Source: Octopus sinensis (taxonomy: Eukaryota). From it: DNA of 64,000 nt. Under the pieces are notes generated by a model. It ran no database searches, had not been told where the DNA came from, and was given only the letters and a program-made list of their open reading frames with translations. Position numbers and translations under genes: made by a program. Shown in pieces: positions 28,400-41,410 of the stretch. The stretch is from NCBI RefSeq assembly GCF_006345805.1, contig NC_043014.1:18910001-18974000 (forward strand), in the 5' to 3' direction. Numbering within the stretch: position 1 is the stretch's first letter; each line of letters starts with the position of its first letter.

Positions 28400-29030
28400 T
28401 GAAGTGTAAACAGTATCAGTGTTTGGTATAGCGGAATGTAGCTATTAGATCTAATTAGCCGAGTTTTTCTTCGTGACTTCTGTCGTTTTAATTCGGTTCT
28501 CTTTTGTTGCATAACAGTTTATAGCATTAACTGCGGATTGTGTGGGCCGTTGTTGCGTGGGTTTTGTTGATGTACTTATTGGATTGTAGTTGCGTCGAAT
28601 ATATATTAAACATGCTGTTATAATATTTATACCCTATGTAGTAATTTGTTCTGCCCGCGGTGTATTATATTATAGGTAGATAACTGTGTAGTAAATGTAC
28701 TCAATATATTGCGTTTACAATTTTGCCAAACGAAATGAATGTGAAGAATACGTGCTGTGGGAGTTCTGATATTTAAATAAACGTATATTACATAAAATGT
28801 GCGTTGTACCTACTAGAGCTATATTTTTGAATTTATGTACATCTGCGTTCTCTGATATAATTTTATTTTGCTTGTTTATTTTTTGTACAATATCAAAAGT
28901 AAAAACCAAATGTACCAAATATTATCGATAGTGTTTATATTTTCTTTCACTTCAATATTTCTTTACTGTCTTTCTTGCATTTCTGGTGGATGTTTTCGCC
29001 ATTAGCATCTGAGATGTCTCACGCTGGTGT
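28400..29030 (-). mobile_element. Further R4/Dong-type LINE fragments
   Basis: KNIALVGTTHIL (ORF 28715..28918) resembles the C-terminal QKIALLGTAHIL motif; VNAINCYAT near 28510-28533. Confidence 0.55.
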
Positions 29031-29563
29031 ATATTACCTTTTCATGGATGAATTTCCTCACCCAATTAGAATCTGTAGATATCAAACCGCTTATTATGTT
29101 ATATTTTTATAATTGTTTCCATAGCTAAAACCCCAGTCTTATACATTTGAAATATTGATTTCATATTTTGGCACAAGGCCAGCAAATTCATGAAAAGGGA
29201 TAAGTCAATTACATCAACCCCAGTACTTGACCGGTATTTATTTTATCGAGCCCGAAAGGAAAAACGGCAAAGCCGACGTCGGCGGAAGTTGAACTCAGAA
29301 CATTTCTCCCAGCTCGCCGGCCAGTACAATTGAACTAATTCGTTCTTTCTTTTTATCATAATGCAATAACTTTTGACTCATTCCTTGGTCACACGCAGGT
29401 GATCACCCTTTCTGTCTGTCTTTACAAGGGGATTGTATGACCTCCATATTTTACCCTCTAGTTGGAGCATACCCGAATGAGCAGACGTATGATAAAAAAA
29501 TATTTACGACCATCCTATATTTTGTGGGGGTACTCTAGGACAAAATTAGCGAATATAAATCTT

Positions 29564-29930
29564 GGATGTTTACCCTTTGAACGGCAGATCGAGAAACCCT
29601 AACTCAAAAACCCTAACCCTAACCCTAAAACACTAACCCTAAAGCCCTAAAGCTAAAACCAGTACAAACGCACGAACGATGTCATAAATATCAGTGACAA
29701 ACGAAATATACACTTCTGATAGCTGTTGTTGACAAACAACGGCAGTAATTTTATTCAGCTGAATACACTTCATTGATTAGTTGAAATTACCAAAATACTA
29801 CAACTTTAACACGAAATAACATTGAAAACATAAATGTTTTATATGACACATTCTACCAGTGTCCAAAGTTTGAAAGGGATTAGTTTCACAAAATTAGTTT
29901 CTCGATCTGCTGTTCAAAGGGAAAAGATCC
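29564..29930. mobile_element. Merlin-like MITE (367 bp) with internal telomere-like CCCTAA repeats
   Basis: TIRs GGATGTTTACCCTTTGAACGGCAGATCGAGAAAC and GTTTCTCGATCTGCTGTTCAAAGGGAAAAGATCC. 8-bp TSD TAAATCTT / TAAATCCT. GG termini with an 8-9 bp TSD fit the Merlin superfamily. Confidence 0.85.
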
Positions 29931-30469
29931 TAAATCCTCTCATTTCTGAAACATTGAGTTCTAGTTTGAGAGATATTTAGCTGCTAACTAAGCAGAGCCT
30001 CCTGATTTGCCTCATTGTTTAAAAATACTGTTCGAGAGTTCTGTTTCATTTTATAATATATTTTCCGTGTATTTTCTATAAGTTTTTCTATTTGTTTTGT
30101 CATTAGCTACACATTTATCTTTCCGAGTAATTAACTTCTAATCTGTGATTTATTACATCATGAAGAAATATTTCTAGTTTCAATACACGATCTCAAATAA
30201 AGTAAAACTGCCATGTCTTAAATCTCACTTCCAGATTTGAAATTACACTTCAGTCGACTGTCGAGAGATGCTTAGATTACATACCAGTCATATATACGAG
30301 TCGAATCAATCGACTGTGCTGCTTACATGTCAGGAGATTCTCTCCATTAGGCCAAAGTGGGAATTCATTCGTAATGCATTTTATCGATAATCTTCTTAAA
30401 ACTAAATAGGTGCCTCGCTTGATAATATACTGATTTCTGATTCTGTTTAATTAAGTGAACAAATAGGAC

Positions 30470-30975
30470 GATTAATAATGATGGCGATGATGATAGTGGT
30501 TTTGCTGGTGGTGGAGGTGGTGGTAGTGGAGATACGATAAGGGTGGTAATGATGTAGTAGCAATAATGATAAGGATGGTAGTGGTGGTGGCTGTGGTGCT
30601 GGTGGTACAAACCAATGCTGCTGCTTCTGATGATGATGATGGTAGAAGTAGCAGCGATGGCAATGGTGGGGTGACACCGTAGTAGTGATAATTAAGGCAG
30701 TGTTAGTGGTGGAGAAGACGACAACAATGATGATGATGATCATGATGATGATGATGATGATCATGATCATGATGATCATGATGATCATGATCATGATGAT
30801 CATGATGATCATGATGGCGACGACGGCGATGGTAGTGGTAGTGGTGGTGGAAGATGGTGAATATGATGACGAAGATGTCGATGGCGGTGAAGTCAATAAT
30901 AATAATGATGCTGGTAAGTTGGAGGAGGAAGAGGAAGTGGTGGATGACAACGACGTCAACGAACATGACGATGTT
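30470..30975. repeat. Compound trinucleotide repeat island (GAT/GGT/GTA/GATCAT)
   Basis: Seen directly; source of several low-complexity ORFs. Confidence 0.9.
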
Positions 30976-31334
30976 TGACACCTCACACGCTCAAAGTGTG
31001 TGAGAGTTGTTAAACGTCTGAAGCAATCATAGCTGAGGTTTAGCATAGCTGCTAAATAATTAACTACTGTAAATCAAATGCTGAGAGGACAGCTGACATG
31101 TTCAATTTATCTCTGTACACGACATTTACCAGATTTGCTTTCTCGAGCAGACATCATCATCGCTGTTGTTGTTGTTGATGTTGTCGTCGTCGTCGTTTTT
31201 GTATTTAATTTTGGGTGAGAGAGTGTCGGTGGCGGAAGGTCTTTTGAAATCTAATCAACTTTCGGCTCAGATCTAGTGATTGGTGTGATTCGAGAAAGAT
31301 ATTAGCAGAGAAACAGAACAGAAGCGGTGGGGAG

Positions 31335-31374
<40 letters not shown>

Positions 31375-31431
31375 AGGGAAGGAAGGAGTCAGACAGGGAG
31401 AGAGAGAGAGAGAGAGAGAGAGAAAGAAAGT

Positions 31432-31475
<44 letters not shown>

Positions 31476-32339
31476 GGAAGGGGGGAGAAAATGATAGACA
31501 GAGAGAATAAGACAAAAAGAAAATAGAAACAGTAACAGAATAAGAGAGAGTGAGAAGAGAAAGAGAGAGCCAGAGACAGAGAGAAAGGAGAAGAGTGAGG
31601 AAGAGAGGGGAGGAGAGAAATATTGAATTATTTACTCCAGAGGTGAAGAGATAGCGGCTAACTCAAAGACTTCCAGCTTTAATAAAATCGTAATGAAAAG
31701 GGAATTCTGCTGTCCGGTAATTCGTAGGGAGCGCAGAGTTGCTTACGTCATCATATTGAGTATTTCAAGATATACTATTTCAGCAGTGTGTACAGTCTCT
31801 CTCTTTTTCTCCACCGCATTCTCTTATCCGCCTCCTCTGTGTCGCTCTATGCCTAATATTATGCTTCTCACACATAGTCAACGCTAATAATCCAATGCAC
31901 GACTAATGATACTTGCACAAATGTAGGTGTATGGTATGAAGCCTACTTCACAATCACATAGATCCAGGTTTAGTCCTTCTGCGTGGCACCATGAGCAAGT
32001 GTCTTCTACTATAGCTTCCGGCCAACCGAAGCCTTATGAGTGGACTTGGTAGCCGAAAACTGAAAGAAGCCCGACATTTATATATATATATATATTGGTA
32101 ATGGTAGATGAGTTCAGCAAAAATTTAGATTCAGATGAATATGGTACCAGAATTTAGTACGGTATTATCCATACAATTTCAAAGTAAGGTGATTAAAATC
32201 AAAATAAGCAACAGGGATATAGAGTAACTCTATAGAGTGACCTCTATGCTGGAGTGAGACAGCATGTTTTTTGTCTATCTCCCTAACTTCTTGGAGATTT
32301 TAGGTATAATTACACTAATGTGTCCATCTGTTTTAATTT

Positions 32340-32745
32340 AATTAAATTCTATGTCTTTGTGCTCTGCATTTTAAATTGATGTAATGATTGCATTGTTCAA
32401 TTAAATGGAGTTGCATGAAACAATCGTACTGCATTACTTCTGGATATCCTTGTTGCCTATTTTGATTATATTTCCGTGCTTGTTTTCGTATATATTCGAT
32501 GCTTTTTTTCAAAGAATCTAATGCTCTTAGCTTAGTTTTTCCTTGGGGCTGGCCAGATTGGAGCAATCTCAAGATTAATCAGCCGAAATTTCGAGGATGA
32601 ACCGGTTCTTGACTGAAGATAAAAGGCTTCGAATGACCCGTCCTTGTTTTTTGTGTATCGTCTATCTGGATGTTTTGTTGTCCCTTTTTGTATTACATAG
32701 TTGTCCGGATGTTTTGCGTTCTTGTCCCATTTTGTATTTTATTTT
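32340..32745 (+). repeat. Interspersed repeat, possibly a Penelope-derived terminus; inverted homologue at 37660-37900
   Basis: GGGGCTGGCCAGATTGGAGCAATCTC...GACTGAAGA...CGAATGAC..GTC...TTCTTGTCCCATTTT matches the reverse complement of 37660-37900. Both copies abut (TA)n. Confidence 0.7.
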
Positions 32746-32756
32746 ATATATATATA

Positions 32757-33572
32757 CAGAGAATGATGGGTAGATTGACACCATTCTATATTTTCAATTT
32801 TGCGCAAGTGCATTGTTTGCTTTTGATTGTGTCAACTACAGATTATACTAGGGTCAGTTGTGAGAAAAGCAGCACCATCATGCAATTCACTCCGCCAAAA
32901 ATTTGTAAACGGCATGCTGTACTGCCTGGCATTTGCGCCGGAAGCTCCAATAAAAACATTTCAGAGTGTTTGGGTGTCAATCTGAGTAAAATGCATGTAC
33001 CGACAGTGATAAAAATCAAATGTCCAGTCAAAATCCAGTATTTGGAGTGATCACTAGTGATGGCGACGTTATGCCTCCATCCATCTACTCACAGGCCTCA
33101 ATCTCAACATGGAGGTCTACATCAAGTGACTGGAGGAGGTAGTAATACCCTGGCTCAAAAAAGAGGCTTCTGAAAGACCCTATGTTTGACAACAGGACTT
33201 TGCACCATGCCACACAAGCAGAAGAACCCAATCATGGCTGTCAATTTCTGCGACCACATCACTCCTAAAATCTGGTCACCTAACTCTCCAGACTGCAACC
33301 TCCTTGATTATGTGTGATGCGCAGTTGAACGCCCCATAATAGTATAAGATGAACTGAAGGCAAGGATTATAGCCACATTCACCAAGAAGGACACCGTCCA
33401 ATAGAGTTGCAGGAGATTCTGAAGTCATCTGGAAGCCGTCCGTGGTTGAAATCAATGGCGATATTTCAAATATCTTTTCATGTCATTTTGGTAAATATAT
33501 CTTTTAAATTGAGATGTCAGTGTTAGTTTCATTTTTGCGTAACTTAGACGACAGTATATTCAGCGCACCCTG
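32757..33572 (+). mobile_element. DD37D element of the same family as 7649-8510
   Basis: Nucleotide homology to the reverse complement of 7649-8510 (TTTGGAGTGATCACT..GATGGC, CCTAACTC.CCAGACT.CAACC, AGACGACA.TATATTC). Ends in CACCCTG. Confidence 0.85.
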
Positions 33573-35689
33573 CATGTGTGTGTGTGTGTGTGTGTGTGTG
33601 TGAGTGAGTGTATATATATATATACATATATATATGGAGGGGTGTCTTTACTACAGATGTTGGTGTGATTACGTGCCCGCATTTTAGTAGTTCGGCCAAA
33701 CTTACGGATAGAAAAACTACTAGGCTTAAAACGAAATTAAGTCAGTGGTTGATTTGTTCCAGTACACTACTTGAAGGCAGTGCCCCAGTATGGCTGCTGT
33801 CAAGTAAAATATAAAGAAATGCTTAGCAAAAAATAGCGTATTCCCATTTATGTTCTCTGGTGGCTTTGATGTTTTCGCCTTGCCAACCCACAGCCAATCG
33901 GTTGTTGTTGGCTGAAATGATCACCATTAGTCACCCTACCATTTGTCCTCGCGTCTTAACATAGCTTTTAATGTTTATTATTTACTTGTTCGAGTCACTG
34001 GACTGCGACCATGCTGGGGCATCACCTTCAAGGTTTTACTCAAGTTCTAACTAATTGTTTTACCTATGGGCCCCTTTGATTACTTCTTTACTATGGTGAA
34101 CCCACATAGCCATTTGATATTTTAAAAGATTTATAGACACTGCTTTCAAAATTTCTCTTTTGTTTTTTTTAGAATTAACTTGTAGGTGTGCAATCGCAAT
34201 TACTGGAAACATGGTGAACTGTGTAAGCCTTTTTTTTGGCAATAAATACACCTAAAGCACAATTTGTCATTAACCCTTAAATTTCTACCGTGAGCCCCAA
34301 AAAATCACACGCACATATACACTTATATATAAAATATAAGGTTAGAAGGTATGAGTTCAATATATTTATTGCACCAATTCATATCTATAAGATGAAGATA
34401 CTTTTGCAACCATGTTGAAAAAATGATTTATTGTAGTGTATACAAACTATTTTGGATGTCTGTACTAGTGTATGTTGTCATCTCCATAAGATGACCTTCC
34501 CGCTTTGTATGTATATAATGAGTTAAAGAATACATGTAACCATGATATTTTATGATCTGAACAGCTAGTCTTCTTTACCTGTATTACCTTGTACATTGTA
34601 CCGTAGTATTAAATAATTTACAACATATACACTAATACAGACATGTAAAAGGAATGTGCCATTGCTAAAGTAAATTATTTTCCCATGACGTTGACTGCGA
34701 AATGATCGTAATCTTTCTTATGGATGTGAACTGGTGAAATAAATGAAATAAATATACTTATCTGACACCTCCTGGTTTTATATTTTAGGATGATGCAATA
34801 ATCATTAATAATTAGATTTACTGGATTTTGCATTACACCCTTCTGTATAGGTTTATTATATTGTTTGTAACCTGGCCCACAAAATGAGTTTTTTTGTGAA
34901 TATGACCGGATTAAGTTTACATATTGTACATTAAATTTGTATGCATATGTGTATATGTTCCTGTGAGTGTATGTGTGTCTATATAACACGGGATTCCATA
35001 CTGTTACCGAGACACAAAATCTAGTCGAGATTATAATAGAAGGCTCTTGCCCAAGGTGCCGTGCAGTGACACACGACCTGAAATTGCGTGGGTTTGAAAT
35101 GAGCTTCCGAGATTCTTTGACATAAAATGATAACTACGCGCTTTGGTTATGGAATATTGTAGAGAGATTTATTGCCGTATATGGTTCCAACATAAAAGAG
35201 AGATTTGAGAGTGTCACAATCCAATAAAACACATATTCATCGTTAGCTTCACGCTTATTCCCCTTTGAAGGACTAATAAAAATAATATCTTAAAAGTGGT
35301 CATTCATAGGTCATTCATAACTTGTTGCATTCCGTTCAGTAGTGTCGAGTATTGGCAAGTTAGAGGTGAATTTACGATTAAAAAATGCATTACCTGATAC
35401 GATATGACATTACCTGATATTATATCAACTGTAAGTAAACAAGTACATATAAACACAAACACAAACACAAGTGGTGCACACACATACGGACACGCATGTC
35501 CACACACATGGATATATATACATACATATATATGTGCGAGTGTGTGTATGTGCATATACACATGTACATAAATATATAAGTATATATATGCACATATATT
35601 TATATGTAAATACATATTGCCCATATACATATTCTGTTATACTGTTATGCGTTTCAGCCCTAAGACTGTGACCATGCCAGGGGCACCTC

Positions 35690-36105
35690 CAGTGTGATCA
35701 CCCTTTAATTTGTCAATTCTATGTGACTGGCTTTTGGCGAAGGAGGGTGTTCGACACTGCTGCCCGCTTTTCAGTTTCCTATCTGAATATTGGTTTTGAG
35801 TTTTGACAGCAAGTAGTTTTTGAAAACACCTTCCCACCACTCCTTAGAGATCCCACAGATGTTTTGGAAAGGCGTTAAATGGGTGTGGGCCCTTGAATCC
35901 CACCTATCATAGTACATGATCCTCACCTTTGATGAGACAACTGTGACATTTGGAACAGTGCAATAACGTCCAATTCGAGGGCTGGTATAACTCTCAATTC
36001 CAAAGTTTGGTGTCAGCCCCTTTAGCATCATCCATACATATATCACTGCATACCTCTCCAGTTTTTGTTCCGGAGAGTAGAGTCGTAACTCCTTCAGTTT
36101 CACCT
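35690..36105 (-). mobile_element. CR1/L2-group LINE 3' fragment
   Basis: LKELRLYSPEQKLERYAVIYVWMMLKGLTPNFGI (ORF 35771..36103) matches the L.L.SL..RRERY.IIY.WKIL C-terminal motif. Confidence 0.8.
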
Positions 36106-36179
36106 AGAAACCTAGTATGTATGTATGTATGTATGTATGTATGTATGTATGTATGTATGTATGTATGTATGTATGTATG

Positions 36180-36257
<78 letters not shown>

Positions 36258-36273
36258 ATATACATACATATAC

Positions 36274-36437
36274 ACGACGGGTTACTTCCAGTTTCCGTCG
36301 AACAAATCCACTCACAACGCTTTGGTCGGCCCGAGGCTATAGTAGAAGGCACTTGCTCAAAGTGCTACACAATGGGACTGAACCCGGAACCATGTGGTTG
36401 GCAAGCAAGCTACTTACTACACAGCGACTCTTGTGCC
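36274..36437 (-). mobile_element. Family B SINE, 5' half
   Basis: Reverse complement of the family B head and CORE region, ending in a microsatellite. Confidence 0.88.
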
Positions 36438-36593
36438 TATATATATATATATATATATGGGCTCACACTTCTGCTTGCAATTTTATCGGATGCAGTTGCT
36501 CATCGAACAGACAGCCATATTGAAGTGGCTACGAAAATTATATATATATATAATATATATATATACGCACGCGCACGCCCGAGCACACACACA

Positions 36594-36649
<56 letters not shown>

Positions 36650-36889
36650 AGTAAGAATATGGTAGCTAGCGACTTCGAAGTTTCGGCCAGCTAATCCACC
36701 GTCGGCTTAGCAGGCAGAACTTCGAAGTCACTTTCATCAACATTCTTATTTAAGAATAAGTTTGTACACTTCAAAATTGTAGCGTAACTCATCAGATTAA
36801 TGTGAAATAGTTTATATTATAACTGAATATAAAAATAAACATTAATATGAATATATATATACATATGTGTATGCATGTATGTATGTATT

Positions 36890-37040
36890 GGCGCAGGGGT
36901 CGCTGTGTGGTAAGCAGCTTGCTTACCAACCACATGTTTCTGGCTCAGTCTCTCTGCGTGGCACCTTGGGCAAGTGTCTTCTACTATAGTCTCGGGCCGA
37001 GTGGATTTGTTACACGGAAACTGAAAGAAACCCGTCTTAC

Positions 37041-37101
<61 letters not shown>

Positions 37102-37314
37102 GTGTGTATGTGTGTGTGTGTGTGTGCGACTGTGTTTGTCCCCACCCCACATCGCTTTAGAACCGTTGTTGGAGTGTTTACGTCCTTGTAACTTAGCGGT
37201 TCGACAAAAGGGACCGATAGAATAAGTACTAGGCTTTTTAAGAATAAGTCCTGGGGTCGATTTGTTCAACTAGAGGCGGTGCTCCAGCACGGCTGTAGTC
37301 AAATGTCTGAAACA
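36890..37314 (+). mobile_element. Family B SINE, full length
   Basis: Homologous to 12426-12835. Confidence 0.9.
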
Positions 37315-37391
37315 AAAAAAAATAATAAAGGAAGGTTTGTGTCTATGAATGCATGTTTGTCTGAATTAATGCTTGTATATCCAGCGTAGTC

Positions 37392-37541
<150 letters not shown>

Positions 37542-37586
37542 TCACACACATATATCTATCTACCTATCTAACTACGCTGAATATAC

Positions 37587-37650
<64 letters not shown>

Positions 37651-37659
37651 CTATATAAA

Positions 37660-37900
37660 AAGAACGCAAAACATCCTGACGGATAATACAAAAATGGGAC
37701 AAGAAAACATCCAAACAGATGATGCAAAAATACAACGACGCGTCATTCGGACGTGTCTTTCTTCAGTCGCGTTCCAGATTATCGTTGCTATTTCCACTGA
37801 TTATACTCGAGATTGCTTCAATCTGGCCAGCCCCGAGCAAAAACTAAGCCAGTAGCACTAGATTCCTTGGAAGGAAGCAGCGAATGTATACGAAAACAAG
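37660..37900 (-). repeat. Second copy of the 32340-32745 repeat
   Basis: Shared sequence in inverted orientation. Confidence 0.7.
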
Positions 37901-38338
37901 AGTGGAAAGAAACAGAGAAATGTTACACAAATACAAATGCAAATATAGGACATTATCAACAGGTGTCTTTCGACTAAGGATGAATCAAATTGAGCTGGCG
38001 CGTGTGGAAGTGAAGCCTTACGGCAGGGACATAAGAGATGACTGGTATGGGGAGGAATATAGATGTTGCAGAGATGGTAGTCGAACCAAGAAAGAAAGGC
38101 CAGGCTTGGCCGAACGCCGGTCACGTGGAGAGAGAAGAGAGAGAGAGAGAGAGAGGTAGAGGGAGGGACGAGAAAAAGAAAAAGAACAGAGTGAAGTGAA
38201 AGAGTAGGGAAGGTGAGGATGAAGGGAAATCAAGGAAATATGAGAGAGCGGGAACGAAAGAAAGAAGAGCGGAAAGAACGAAGCAAGTGAGAAGGGGCTG
38301 ATAGAAAGTAGGAAAGAATAATAGAGTCGTATAAAATT

Positions 38339-38401
<63 letters not shown>

Positions 38402-38549
38402 GTACTTACATATAAGAGACCAATATAAGCATGCATATATTCAATTACAAATCACACACACGTATGCAATATACGTCTAGGAACTCATAAGTAAGAGCAA
38501 ATACACGTTCGTTTATTTGTGAATAGATTGGATATATAACTCATATATT

Positions 38550-38900
38550 ATAGATCCATCATAGCTGATCATTCCAATCGGTTTTCCACCGGATATTAGA
38601 TCACTGGATATTTGATAAGAAAGTGGCTATTTGATGCACGCGCTCTACTTGGAAGGATGTTAAACAAGAAAATAAAAGGCAGATGTTCTCTGTTATTGGA
38701 GGTGAGATATTATCACGTCAAGTTTGTTGATGCTGTGAATAAAAGTCGTAACGAAATCGCGGGTGGCAATTTCATAAGAGATAGATTGGTAGGCTGCTTA
38801 CATGTCTACGTTGTTCGTTCTCCAATCGCGTGCCTTCAAAATATATATCCACAGCATGGTTTTCTGGACAGGTATATTCCACCTTTGATCTGATCTTTGA
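38550..38900 (-). mobile_element. Probable decayed CR1/L2-group LINE 3' fragment
   Basis: Minus-strand LFNILPS near 38648-38670 resembles the LFNxLP C-terminal motif; otherwise very degenerate. Confidence 0.4.
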
Positions 38901-39159
38901 AAATGAATCCTTCATAGACTCTCTTACTCTTTTACTTGTTTCAGTCATTTGATTGAAGCCATGCTGTAGCACTGCCTTAAAGGGGTTTTGGTTGAAGAAA
39001 TTGAGCCCAAGACTTATTCTTTGTAAGCCTAGTACTTATTCTATCAGTCGCTTTTGTCCAACTGCTAAGTTATTGGGATGTAAGCACACCAATATTGGTT
39101 GGCAAGCGATTCAACACAGACACACAAAAGAATATATATATATATATATAAATAATAAT

Positions 39160-39205
<46 letters not shown>

Positions 39206-39227
39206 TAATAATAATAATAATAATAAA

Positions 39228-39784
39228 TGCTCTGATGCAGTACCAGGCAGTGGCTCTTATGGCTTCTGATCTTAACTGATTGGAAGTGTTATCATGTACA
39301 TTGTTTTGTCTTGGTATAAAAGATGGGCTACAGCAAAGATGGGCTGCTCAATACCACAGATTTGCTTGTCAGTTGTTTGACCATAACCAGTTGAGCATGT
39401 CCCTTAGTGGCTGACGATATGTGCATCTCTGATCACGAGCAGAAGTAGTGGAGGAGCATCATAGCCATGTGTTGAGAAGGATTCTTTGGGGTTTGAATAA
39501 TTCACCTCTGGAAACATGGGTGTTTCGTTCAACTTCCTTAAACAACCCTTATTCAGAGACCTTTTGAGCGGGATGGGTTACTCGATCTGAAGAAAATTCT
39601 AACTGGGCTCCACCTGCAAGGTCATGTGCTGTTTATCTTGATATGAGATCACCATGTCGCGCACATATGGTTGTGATGCATGTGCCTGGTGTACCCTTAT
39701 CAGACGGGTAGTCATGATGGGTATACTGGGCTTCGTATATTTTACCCCAGTGTCACTTTGATGGCATGCTCTGCTCGCTCACTC
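39228..39784 (+). mobile_element. 557-bp non-coding element inserted in an (AAT)n microsatellite
   Basis: High-complexity, more GC-rich block with sharp edges between (AAT)n at 39150-39227 and 39785-39803. No TIR, no ORF, no Pol III boxes recognised. Strand inferred from the AAT tail. Confidence 0.7.
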
Positions 39785-40298
39785 AATAATAATAATAATA
39801 ATTATGAATATAGCCACGTGTAGTCATTTTACCAAATATATACGTTTTATTTATTATTTTGCATATTACTTCATAATTGGTATATGTTTTTATCTTATAT
39901 TTAATTTTTTCTATAGGATGTCATTTTTTTCTATATGGTATAATTTAATGTTTTCATTGCTAAATTGATAAAAGGAGCTTTTTTTTTCTAATTTATATAT
40001 GGGGAGTGTGGTTGTGAAGCAAGCTTCTTACCACACAGCTACGCCTGCGCCAATTTACAACAGTGGGTGGATTTTAATATGAAATAACAATTCCATACAA
40101 TCTCAGGCTTTCTTGGTTCGTAGAATGAACCTATATACCTGACGAGATAGACCCCTTCTACAAACCAACGAGCCTATATGTTGCATGGAGCGGAATCCAA
40201 CTGGTATTAAACATTATATATAACTCCTACCTACTATATAGAATGCCACATCCTTTGACCATCTATCGTATATAATGTATTTGTGTGTGTTGTGTGTG

Positions 40299-40336
<38 letters not shown>

Positions 40337-41031
40337 TGTGTGTGTGTGTGTGTGTGTGATAATATCTAAAAATATATGACTCATTATTTTCATTGTTGGT
40401 TTTATTGTTGTTGCTGTGTTGTATTGGGAGAAGAGGAAATAACAGCTGACTTTTTCTAATGAAGTTATTATCGTCATAATTATTATAATTCTGATAATTA
40501 TAATAATTATAACATTTATTGATGAAATAGAGCTATAATTGCAATTTCAGCTATAACAGCGGCAACGGCAAGCAGAATAACCACAACAACCGCAACAACC
40601 ACACCGACCACAACAACTACCCCTTAAGTCGTAATCTAAGAAATGATAACTCAAATAATGGCAAAAATCAAAATAAAAAGAAGTAGCTTAATAAAATTAG
40701 CGATTTTAGAAAATACATAACCTCATTAATAACATTAACAAGAAAAATAATAATAATAACAGTCCTTTAATCAAGGAAACAAGGAAGAATACTTTAAGGA
40801 ACAACAACAACAATAACAAAATAACTGCAGTGAATTCTTAAGCAAAATCAAAACAAATATCCCAAAGAACAGATGTAAGAAAAGAAGCAATAGCGTCCAA
40901 AACAATGTTAGCGACAAATATCACAAAAACAAAGCATTTTACAAAATAGCAACCAGATCCTCTTCTTATGACACGCTGTTATTTTTAAGAGAGTAAGGAG
41001 CATTCGTCAATGAAGTCCCTGATGCTTAAAT

Positions 41032-41410
41032 GGACAGGAGTGGCTGTGTGGTAAGTAGCTTGCTTACCAACCACATGGTTCCGGGTTCAGTCCCACTGCG
41101 TGGCACCTTGGGAAAGTGTCTTCTACTATAGCCTCGGGCCGACCAAAGCCTTGTGAGTGGATTTGGTAGACGGAAACTGAAAGAAGCCCGTTGTATATAT
41201 GTATATATATATATATATATATACATATATGTATGTGTGTGTGTGTGTGTTTGTGTATCTGTGTTTGTCCCCCCAACATCGCTTGACAACCGATGCTGGT
41301 GTGTTGACGTCCCCGTAACTTAGCGTTTCGGCAAAAGAGACCGATAGAATAAGTATTAGGCTTACATAGAATAAGTCTCGGCGTCGCTTTGATTGGAGCT
41401 GACAAGGCGG
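41032..41410 (+). mobile_element. Family B SINE, 3'-truncated
   Basis: Close match to the other family B copies. Confidence 0.9.

Noticed and set aside
29594-29660. Telomere or chromosome-fusion relic
   Set aside because: Short, degenerate, and enclosed by the TIRs and TSD of a transposon.
30447-31046. Overlapping poly-Met/Ile/His ORFs
   Set aside because: A trinucleotide repeat island open in several frames on both strands.
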